Position numbers and translations under genes: made by a program
The notes under the pieces: generated by a model
What the model saw: the letters and a program-made list of their open reading frames with translations, nothing else
What the model was told of the DNA's origin: nothing
Databases searched by the model: none
In this document: piece after piece, positions 32,365 through 42,820 of the stretch
How positions within the stretch are numbered: position 1 is the stretch's first letter
Layout of the letters: the number at the start of each line of letters is the position of its first letter
Assembly (NCBI GenBank): GCA_051362555.1
Contig: CM120644.1
Location: forward strand, 9,928,954-9,992,953
DNA from: Lingula anatina
Lineage: Eukaryota > Animalia > Brachiopoda
DNA: 64,000 nt
Reading direction: 5' to 3'

Positions 32365-35142
32365 ACATACATATCATTCATATGACTGGAACCCTAAGTA
32401 CAAACATTAACTCAATTTTTTAATGTTATTAAGGAAATATCAGGCATTTTTTTTATGAAACAAGCAGTGTTATTACAGAAAAATTGAGCTAAGAAATATA
32501 CAACATATAAATAATGAATCTACAGCTTCCAAAATAGTGAGCGTTTTTGAATAAAATAATAATAACAATAATAATAATAATTTCTATGTTGAGCAATCTT
32601 GAAGCAACAAATCATATGTGTATATAAAAAAGATAAACCCTATAGAATATGAGTCTTAAATAAAAAAAACCTTCAATTGAGTATTGTACCTCTCTTGAGC
32701 AATGTGATATAAATAAATAGTTTTAAAATAATCATGCATTCCCTGTGGCACATGTAATAGTATAACCATCATCCCATTTTTCCCTGAACCAGTGTTCCCA
32801 CAAAGAGTCCACTATCTTATAGCACTGCCTGGCCTTTTCTGTGTTCCTGGTTTTGTCAAACACCACCACCCAGAGAGGCCCGGAGGCAATGGTCCGCACC
32901 CTGTATCCCAGAGCCCAGTGTGCATCAATGGCGTCTCGTGAGAACTTGGTGTCCACTATCCAGGTTTGTTCTGGCGAGTTCAGGAGGTCCCCGGGGTACA
33001 TTATGACGTACCAGAAACCATGAATGTACGACACGTGAGATATGCGTAAGCCCTCGGCGTATGCCCTCTGAAGCAGCTGTTCGGGCCATGTGCCTCTTTG
33101 GTCCCTGCTGCTCACTAAGAGAGGACTGCAGGCAATGTCTGGGGTGTACTTTCTGAATATCATCACTTTTTTACCTCCCATAGCTGACATTGAGGAGAGC
33201 TCCCTTCCACCGTATTTCCACTCCTTTGCCACCATTTTTCTCAGTTGTTTTGGTGTGTGTATTTTAGAGTGCACCTGAACAGTTTCGGTGAACTTCCACT
33301 TTGGGTGGCTGTAGGTCTTGTTGCAAAATAGCCATGTCTTAGAATTGCTGCACAGCATTCCTAAACTGAGCTCCTGGTTGAGAAAGAGCCTGCAGTCTTC
33401 TGTGGTCTGAAGGTGTGTGTCAGTGGTAGTGTACGAGTTCTCTCCTTGCCAGCTTGGTTCTGTCATGAACACCACCCACTTTATGCGCTCTGCCTCACGA
33501 CAGTCTACATCGTGCAGTGTTATCCTGTCGATTTCTGCCTGGTAAATGCCAGAGACCCCCGTGATAGGGGCCCTGGTGGACCCTCTCTTTGCAGAATGAC
33601 CAATGCCAAATTTGGCCCATGTAGCAAAATACTCACAGTCGTCATTGTCCATTTCATGCCCCTTCTGGCCCACCATGGCCAGCGCCCTCTCTACCACAGC
33701 TTGTGGGGGGAGGGGAGCACCAAGATGTGGATGAGCTTTATTATTGACCCGCGCTTCACCCTTTTTGGAAACCGACCTATAGGTGTCTCTGGTACATACA
33801 GTGAAGACCTGAAATCTGTCTCTTTCTGATGTTTTCCCTTCCTCGGCCCTGGCGCACCCTGAGGATCTGGTGGAGGTCCCCGTGATGTGGACCAGCTCTC
33901 CATGGCCTATGTTGACTGCCCAGTGTGTGTAGTAGCCACGGTCAAACTCCAGGAGGTCTCCCGGATCACCCGGCATCTCCGGGGTGCTGGCTGCCATGTG
34001 GCTGCCTCTGTGCTGTAAATTTTGATGAGATAGAGCTTTTTTTTTTTTTTATTTTTCACTTAACTGTGGCCAAGTTGTTATCACTGCCTCAAGAACTCTG
34101 GGTGGAATCAACCTTGTCCTCGGTTACAAGTTGACAGTTTTTTTCCTGTGATGTTTTCATTTTGATCAGCAGTCAGATGATGCATTTGTCTGTTTCTTCT
34201 GTAGTGTCGGTTGAAGTCCTGCCTTTCTCTGACCAGCAGTGACCAATTTCAAGCTTTTATATCAGCAACAGGTTGTGTGAATTCTTGTGAACATGTTCAC
34301 AGTACAGCTCAGTCTAAACCTGTATCTGTTGGCAGGTACAATACAGCTCCATTTCTGAAGTCACGTCTTAGAGATGAGAGCACACGGGCATCAACTTTCA
34401 ACACTGTTAGTAGATTAAAGCTTCATTGGACTCCCGCGCTCTTTTGTTAGCTGTTGCTAATACCTCCCTCTGAACCCGCGACTTCTGCGAGATCAAGTTG
34501 ATTCTAGTGCTTACTTTTCAAAACATCAATAACCAGTGCATTGTTATAGAGAATAATGAGGTCCCATTGTTGTGGCTGGGGACAAACAGCGTCACCCATT
34601 GTTATGGTGCCTTGGGTGAATGTATGGGTTGCATAGAGCCTGGAGTGGTTTATATTAGGCTTTGAATTGATCCTAATAGCATGATAACTTAACAAATCAA
34701 TATCCTTGATCTTGTATGATGCAGGAAGTTTGAGGAAGTTCTTTTTATTTACGTTTCTGATAAAAAAAAAACACCTTTGTATGTGATTTGTTCCCATTGC
34801 AGGATTCTTTAAATTTTTTTCATCAGGTATTTAATAAATTTTGTGTCTGTTTGTCTTTTTTAAAATACTTTTTATAAACTTTCCCTTTGAAAACCTATTG
34901 CTTGGTCTGGCTGTTTATTAATGTGACAGAGTATTCATTTCCACAAATTTTCAAAGTCAATTATGGCCCATTCCATGGTATCCATTTAACTAATAAAGGG
35001 GAAAAAAAGACTTCTGTTGTTTCATTATTGTTCACACAGATTAGGCCACACTTTTTTAATTTTATGGATGACATCCTGCGCGCGCACCGATTTTCGTCCG
35101 TTCTCCCAAAAAAAAAAAAAAATCCCCCCCCCCCAAAACCGC

Positions 35143-35177
<35 letters not shown>

Positions 35178-38100
35178 AGGAAGTTGGTTGTCGCAAACAT
35201 CGTTATTGAATTTGCAGGAAAATGCAATCGGCAATTCTCGGCTAATTCCGCAAGCTCTTAAGAGATTTTAACAAAAAACCAAACTTTTTAGAAAAAAAAC
35301 AGGGACTAACTTTGAATGTAAAAATGGATTCATAACCATTGGTAAGTATGGGAAAATTAAAGTCATAAAGAGAACGGGGGCCGTCTTTTTGGATTGGTTT
35401 GCCATTGATATTGGACATGGAGATATCACCCTTTTACAATTATACGAAAGGCTGGCCGCGGCCAGCGATCATCGCCCGGAAAATTTCAGTGACATTCTGT
35501 CCAGAGCAGCACATACCAGTTTCTTTTTGGAGCGAAAAAAGGGTCGACAAGAGCGTCGTGGTATTTGGTGGACTGAAGGTTGGACAGGCCACCCGATAGT
35601 TGGCTGCTAGCGTTTGAGTCGAAGTAGACAAAATGGCATCGACCGAAATTACCTTAGTAGTAGGAAGCATAGGCCTATCTTTGCTTCTTTTTTTTAACAA
35701 TTCTGTGAAGTGTTTACAATGCTTTAATTGTACCACCAGCGTTAGCGCTGGCGGTACACATGGTTTCGGTCTCGTCCGGATCGTTCCGCCGGCTCCGCCG
35801 GACGGCTACCGTTACCGCTTCTCCTCCTAGACGGTAAGGCCCCCCATACCCATCTCATGGATTTAGGTCACCTATAATCTCAACTCGTTCCACGTAAAAT
35901 TTGGGCTTTGTCGGTATTGGGGTCTGGGTGTGGCACTCATTGCAATGCACCCTTGTCCAAAAATGGCAAAATTAAATGCTAATTATCTACCCTACGGAAG
36001 GAGTTACGGGAAAATTTTCTACAGACGGCTTTCCAAAAGTCATATGTGTAGATTTCAAATATACCCTCGGATTTGACCTTTGACCTTTACTTCAAGGTCA
36101 AATGGGCCAAAATTTTCAAAAAAATGAAATTTTTTACGAAAAAAAAATTTTTTGCCCTGTTATTCAGACACCACACAGACTTAACCAATAATATTATTGG
36201 AAAGTGTTACCCTTCAGGTCATCTTTCATCTCCGTGAATTTGGGGTCAATCGGTGCATTTTCACAGGAGTAGCGGCCATAAGATACCGAAACTGAAAACT
36301 GTCTCTAATTCGGGAACCGTTAATGCTAGAGACCCATTCTTTTTTGCATTTTGTAGAGCATGTAAAGCCCAACACTGGAGGTGGTCTCGGTTTTTTTGTA
36401 TTCCATACGGTTTTCGAGTTACGCTGTATCAAAAAGTACATATTGGTGGTGAAAGGAAAATGTACGGAAGCCCACTGGTGCCATATGTAGAAAAAAAAAT
36501 TATCTCGAAATTTCGAGATACTATTTTGAAATTTGAACAAAAAAATTTACCACCAGCGTTGGCGCTGGCGGTACACATGGTTTCAGTCCCGTCCGGTCCG
36601 TTCCGCCGGCTCCGCCGCCATGTTACCGTTACCGCTTCTCCTCCTAGACGGTAAGGGCCCCCGTACCCATCTCATGGATTTAGGTCACCTATAATCTCAA
36701 CTCGTTCCACGTAAAATTTGGTTTTGTCGGTATTGGGGTCTGGGTGTGGCACTCATTGCAATGCACCCTTGTCTAAAAATGGCAAAATTAAATGCTAATT
36801 ATCTACCCTACAGAAGGAGTTACGGGAAAAATTTCTATAGACGGCTTTCCAAAAGTCATATGTGTAGATTTCAAATATACCCTCGGATTTGACCTTTGAC
36901 CTTTACTTCAAGGTCAAATGGGTCAAAATTTTCAAAAAAATGAAATTTTTTACGAAAAAAATTTTTTTTGCCCTGTTATTCTGACGCCACACAGACTTAA
37001 CCAATAATATTATTGGAAAGTGTTACCCTTCAGGTCATCTTTCATCTCCGTGAATTTGGGGTCAATCGGTGCATTTTCACAGGAGTAGCGGCCATAAGAT
37101 ACCGAAACTGAAAACTGTCTCTAATTCGGGAACCGTTAATGCTAGAGACCCATTCTTTTTTGCATTTTGTAGAGCATGTAAAGCCCAACACTGGAGGTGG
37201 TCTCGGTTTTTTTGTATTCCATACGGTTTTCGAGTTACGCTGTATCAGAAAGTACATATTGGTGGTGAAAGGAAAATGTACGGAAGCCGACTGGTGCCAT
37301 ATGTAGAAAAAAAAATTATCTCGACATTTCGAGATACTATTTTGAAATTTGAACAAAAAAAATTTTATCTCGAAATTTCGAGATAGCATTTTGAAATTTG
37401 AACAAAAAAAAAAATTATCTCGAAATTTCGAGATAGCATTTTGATATTTGAGCAAAAAAATTTATCTCGAAATTTCGAGATAGTATTTTGAAATTTGAAC
37501 AAAAAAAATGCTATCTCGAAATTTCGAGATAATTTTTTTTTTCAACATATGGCACCAGTCGGCTTCCGTAAAAATGTGCAGTACGGTAATGGATAATAAA
37601 TTTTGAACTCCGGAAAAATAAAACATAATGCTTGGCAAAGCAGACAACTTGTGGTCAAAAATGACATTATTTTATCAAATTTAAACTTCTGCAACTTCAG
37701 AGAACCTCCCATTTCAAGAACTTTGACCAAAATGACCTTTTCTTTATTTTAATTAATTTTTTCTGTAGGAAATTTATGGCACATTATGGTAACTCCAAAA
37801 TTATAACATTTAGTCCCTTATATCTCCAAAACTGGCAGAGATAGGTCCATAGTTACTATTGAAGTTGAATAGGAAGTCATATACTGGCAATCTTACTGTG
37901 ACCTTGACATTGACCTTTGACCTACTTTTCACCATGAACTGAACTTTGCAAATTTTGCTTCCCTTTTATCTCCAAAACTGGCAGAGATAGGTCCATAGTT
38001 ACTATTGAAGTTGAATAGGAAGTCATATACTGGCAATCTTACTGTGACCTTGAAATTGACCTTTGACCTACTTATCACCATGAACTGAACTTTGCAAATT

Positions 38101-40090
38101 TTGCTTCCCTTTTATCTCCAAAACTGGCAGAGATAGGTCCATAGTTACTATTGAACTTGAATAGGAAGTCATATACTGGCAATTTTACTGTGACCTTGAA
38201 ATTGACCTTTGACCTACTTTTCACCTTGAACTGAACTTTGCAAAATTTGCTTCCCTTTTATCTCCAAAACTGGCAGAGATAGGTCCATAGTTACTATTGA
38301 ACTTGCATAGGAAGTCATATACTGGCAATTTTACTGTGACCTTGAAATTGACCTTTGACCTTCTTTTCACCATGAACTGAACTTTGCAAATTTTGCTTCC
38401 CTTTTATCTCCAAAACTGGCAGAGATAGGTCCATAGTTACTATTGAAGTTGAATAGGAAGTCATATACTGGCAATCTAAATGTGACCTTGAAATTGACCT
38501 TTGACCTACTTTTCACCATGAACTGAACTTTGCAAATTTTGCTTCCCTTTTATCTCCAAAACTGGCAGAGATAGGTCCATAGTTACTATTGAAGTTGAAT
38601 AGGAAGTCATATACTGGCAATCTTACTGTGACCTTGAAATTGACCTTTGACCTACTTTTCACCATGAACTGAACTTTGCAAATTTTGCTTCCCTTTTATC
38701 TCCAAAACTGGCAGAGATAGGTCCATAGTTACTATTGAAGTTGGATAGGAAGTCATATACTGGCAATTTACTGTGACCTTGAAATTGACCTTTGACCTAC
38801 CTTACAATGAACTTAACTTTGATTGCACCATTTTTAGTTATATATATTTTTTGCATATTTTGAAAATTCTTGTTGATTGCATTTTTACAGCTTGTCAAGC
38901 ACAAGACTGGTGGCTGCACCCCTTATTTTGTGTATGTGGGGGTCTATACGAATGCGCTTGCTCCAGCTGGTGGTACAATATTCGGAGGCGGTATCGCCTC
39001 TCTGATCCTCTAGTTTTCTGAGAGTACAAATTAAGACACGCTGTTTATTTGATATTTGTTTGATTGGATGCTATACCAACAGAATGCATGAAATAACCTT
39101 AAATAGATTTGGTAATATGCAGCATATATATTCATGACTTTTTACCTTTCTACGAAATAGGCCCTATTCACAAAGCTTTAATATTTTGAGAGCATGGATA
39201 AAGACATGTTGTTAGTTTGATACATGTTTCTGTGGTAAATTAGTGTTTCCAGCTGTATACTGAAAACATAACTTTTCTTAAGCAGTTTTTTTTTTTTTTT
39301 GGACTGTTTTTTTTTTTTTTCGCCCGCTCGCACCGACTTTGGGGTCCCCAGAGGATGTCATCCATAAAAATAAAAAAGTGTGGCCTTATTATTATTATTT
39401 GATCGGTGCAAACAAAATTTTTATATCAGCTTTAATGTAGACCTTTTATTGCAACAATTTTAATTTGCAACAAATAAATTCACTTTGTTCACATGCTTAG
39501 ATTTGATTTTAAAAATATTGGTAATTAATTCAGCAAGTTGAGGCGGGGGGATCCAGGCACTAGTAGTATCTACCAAGGAGAGAATATCCCACTGTATAAG
39601 GAGAAAAACAAACACAAAAAAGGTGAGTGGACAGGCTATATTCAAGTTCACTCTCAGAATTGATCCTTTTTGATAACTTTGTAAGGTCAACTAAACGCAG
39701 TGGCAACATTGTTTTCATTTATCTATCAGAAGAAATTAAAATAAATAAATAAAATAAGAATAAGAATAATGATTAAAATAAACAACAACAACAGAAGTGC
39801 ATTCTCTTTTTAGTTAAAATACAGTTTGATAAAGAAAAGGAAACTTTAGCTACTTTTCTTCAGTATGTTCTTTTTTGTTAAAAGTAATTAATAGGACCAA
39901 AACATGCGTGCTAGAAATAAGCCTGCAGTTGTGACGTTAAATGAATTTTTAACTTTTTCGCTCATTTGGAATCATATTCATATGTTGATAAACGAGTAAC
40001 AAATATTTATTTTAATCCATTTCAGATGCAAAGAAGAGGAGCACCCTTTCTAGCATTACAAATATCAAACCAGAACATGAAGTTGTGTAG
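26416..40090 (+). CDS. SGO1: Shugoshin (multi-exon)
   Basis: N-terminal coiled coil KNRQLAAALGRKSQELEFLKEEFCELRNEHHELK (exon 26813-27015); long disordered middle exons 27296-31898; SGO motif RPRRAAANVNLKEPSLGG|KLRRGDP joined from exons 32211-32293 and 39534-39622; last exon 40026-40090 (DAKKRSTLSSITNIKPEHEVV*). Confidence 0.88.
32317..32362. repeat. (TG)n microsatellite
   Basis: Directly visible. Confidence 0.95.
32732..33997 (-). CDS. Single-ORF LRAT/HRASLS-type NlpC/P60 protein with C-terminal W-rich repeat domain (DUF7477-like); nested antisense in a shugoshin intron
   Basis: 421-aa uninterrupted ORF. PGDLLEFDRGYYTHWAVNIGHGELVH, VNNK, VVERALAMVG and DCEYFATWAKFG match the LRAT family with both His and the Cys retained. 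The C-terminal part has repeated Q-x(9-12)-W-xx-G-Y-x-I...W-hydrophobic units. Confidence 0.88.
   Translation of the reverse strand: MAASTPEMPGDPGDLLEFDRGYYTHWAVNIGHGELVHITGTSTRSSGCARAEEGKTSERDRFQVFTVCTRDTYRSVSKKGEARVNNKAHPHLGAPLPPQAVVERALAMVGQKGHEMDNDDCEYFATWAKFGIGHSAKRGSTRAPITGVSGIYQAEIDRITLHDVDCREAERIKWVVFMTEPSWQGENSYTTTDTHLQTTEDCRLFLNQELSLGMLCSNSKTWLFCNKTYSHPKWKFTETVQVHSKIHTPKQLRKMVAKEWKYGGRELSSMSAMGGKKVMIFRKYTPDIACSPLLVSSRDQRGTWPEQLLQRAYAEGLRISHVSYIHGFWYVIMYPGDLLNSPEQTWIVDTKFSRDAIDAHWALGYRVRTIASGPLWVVVFDKTRNTEKARQCYKIVDSLWEHWFREKWDDGYTITCATGNA
35731..37360 (+). repeat. Direct tandem duplication (~817 bp) of the HINE 5' portion
   Basis: TACCACCAGCGTT starts at 35731 and 36548; the copies are colinear and highly similar. 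Confidence 0.92.
37279..37570. mobile_element. Foldback MITE with internal palindromic repeats
   Basis: 26-bp perfect TIR TACGGAAGCCGACTGGTGCCATATGT; AAAATG on both flanks; internal repeats of palindrome TATCTCGAAATTTCGAGATA. Confidence 0.88.
37821..38820. repeat. 146-bp tandem repeat, ~7 copies, inside the HINE
   Basis: TATCTCCAAAACTGGCAGAG at 37821, 37967, 38113, 38259, 38405, 38551, 38697. Confidence 0.97.
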
Positions 40091-42820
40091 AATGGAGAAA
40101 ACCTAAACCTCTGAAACATCTTTAGCTGATATTAGTAAATTGACTGTCTCTCATTGTAAATAATGACATTCATCATTTTTAAGTCAAATGTTTGCCACAT
40201 ATTTTAGGTATAAATGTAAACCCAGCAGCACTGTAGATGGTGATCAGCTTTGTATTTTAGTACTTGTTTAAACTTAATTGGCCAGTTACGAGTTTTCTCT
40301 TGTTGATGTCCGAAACCAAAAGTGTGTCATTTATGAAACTATGTGTATGAGAGTGATGTTGATGTGAAAAAGTATCATTACATTAAATATTAATTGTAGA
40401 ATTTAGCTGGAATTGGCTCAACCATTTCTTTGGTGAATTTGTAGGAAGAAGACTGCACAAATGTAGTTTGAGTGAAAGTAACATTATAGTTGGAAAAAGC
40501 ATTGATTAATCTGCATTTGTTAAATTCTAAAGTATAATTTTAAATGTATTTGAAATGTGTAGCAGCCTTTACACCCGAACACTGTATACACAATAAATGT
40601 GAATGAAATAGTAACATTTAAATTGAATAAATGTTTTAGTTTGAAGTTATTTTATTCTTATTCAAATGTACATTCTGTGACAAGAATTATTACTCTTATC
40701 AAAATGTTCCTGCTGATCTTAATTTTTTTTATGAAAGACAACAAGACAAATTACTTCCTATTATTTATTTTGAGATGTCTAAAATCACAAGTACAATTCC
40801 ACTCCATACACCAATTGCATTCAATTTGTGGAAACTATCAAATTACGTAACCAGTGAATATAAATTAATACAACAATATGGAACATTTTTTTTTTACATT
40901 TTAGTGTCATAAAGTGAGTTGTGCTTTGTGAAAATCACCTTGGTACTCTATAATATAATACAATAACAACCTGGTTGGGTAACTGGTTTTAACACACTAT
41001 ACTTGATTCTATCAGTAGACTTACAGACTGAAACCTTGGTTATTGTTTAATATTAAAAATACATATTTCATAAATTGTTAGTATGTAAGTACTGTAATGG
41101 TTGAGGATGTGGGTAACTGATGTTTTTATTATTTAATGGAAAGTATCCATCCATGATTATATGTCAGATACAGACAAAAAATCATGAACTTTACATAAAT
41201 ATATTAGTAGATATATATATATATATATATGCAAGTTATTGTACAAACTAAGGATGGTATTGAATATATCACATAAATATATTAGTAGATATAAATATAT
41301 ATATCTGCAAGTTATTGTACACACTAAGGATGGTATTGAATATATCACAATATTGTTCAACTGTTGCCTGATACAGTCTTCCAGTATGATTACTGAAATA
41401 CAACAAAGGTGTGTACCTGTTCATTACACCTCAGTACAGTAAAGAAAACATTTTCTCTGAAATTGTACCTCAAAATATTTTGACTTTGGCAAAACAGTGA
41501 TTCGCATTTGATATCAATTGTTGACAAGATGAGTTTCTTTTTATTTGTAGTTGTCTTTAAAGCATAAATCCTATAAGTTAGCCACCTCTTCACCTGCCCA
41601 ATTTGTGGCATCCATCATTAAGTATTTAACATAACTTGGCTTCTTTATATGTGAACAATAAAAGTCAATACTTGAAATTCCCTGCCACTTAAAATGGAAT
41701 GTATTTACTATTGTTTTTTTTTTTTTTTTTTAATTTTATTTTTGGAAAAAAATACAATAACAAAAAAGTGAGAACACTACAATGTTAAAAAAGCTGATAC
41801 AAAACAACTAATGTATAAGTATTCAATAACAAAAGCCAGTGACACGAACTTCAATATGTAAGTAAAGACAGTTATACATATGTACAAATATTATACCTAT
41901 GCACACGAAGTAGCACATAGTAACAAAGCACTGTAATTTTGGAGTTTCAAAGAACAAACTCCAAAATTGCAGACGCTTCAAAACGAAATTTAGTTAACCT
42001 TTTTTTTTAACCAAAATGCTGTTGATATATTTTATTGAAGGTAATTAAGACACTCAGTACTCCAATGGGAAAACTCCCAACCCCAGTTAGTTAGTTGATA
42101 AAGTAATAACCTCAAGGACAAACTAATAACCAATTAAATTAGGATTTGGGGTGCATGTAAATTACAGAATACAACTTTCATTCAGGTTTTTCATACTCTA
42201 AATTAAGATCTGACGTGAGAGCAGAGATAGACATTTCCAATATCCACCTCCCCAATGGCAGTGACAGTTGCTTATATTTGTGGACCTTTTACGCGTGATC
42301 AGAGATAAGCATTAACTACAATTACCGCAAGTTCTAATAACAAAATATTCAAATGAAAAAAAAAAATAAATAAAAATTAATTCTGTACCAAATTCACTCT
42401 TTTTTTTTCATGCATACCAATATCTTAATCATTTACATCCTCAAATTTTCTTTAAAGATTGAAAAAAAAAACAACAAAATACTTGTAATTAATGATCAAC
42501 AATGCCTGTGTAATGTTGGGTCATGTTTCTTCTTAATAAATTAAAACGCTCTATTAATTATACATACATTCCTATTCATTGTAAGTTTTGACTGTAAAAT
42601 AAATCATACGATAAGCAGCTGACATTAAACAAACCCAATTAAATAGTGTTCACAAGTTTAGTCACTGTGATAAATATGATATTAACCCCTATTATAATCA
42701 GTTTTCAATGCACTAAAATCACGAAAAACTGGTCAAAATGGGTTTAAATTGGATCAAGCAGACCTAGATGTTATCAAAATATACACCCAGTAAAGCAACA
42801 TATTAATACTGGCTCTAAGT

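Larger units (their letters stand above)
35727..39017 (+). mobile_element. Helentron-associated non-autonomous element (HINE/DINE-1-like)
   Basis: 14-bp subterminal inverted repeat ATTGTACCACCAGC (35727-40 / 38966-79), 5' hairpin, GTCC-type microsatellite, central tandem repeats, 3' stem-loop GAGGCG-GTAT-CGCCTC and a CTAG-TTTT end. Confidence 0.82.
35044..39385. mobile_element. Non-autonomous PIF/Harbinger-like TIR element containing nested insertions
   Basis: 33-bp TIRs GGCCACACTTTTTTA(A/T)TTTTATGGATGACATCC with 1 mismatch; TTA on both flanks (35041-43, 39386-88); no transposase ORF seen. Confidence 0.85.

Noticed and set aside
35389-35736. Transposase or captured gene in the PIF-like element
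   Set aside because: Only short ORFs with no DDE or Myb/SANT motif recognisable.
37310-38820. CRISPR-like array
   Set aside because: Eukaryotic context, no unique spacers, no cas genes; these are tandem repeats inside transposons.
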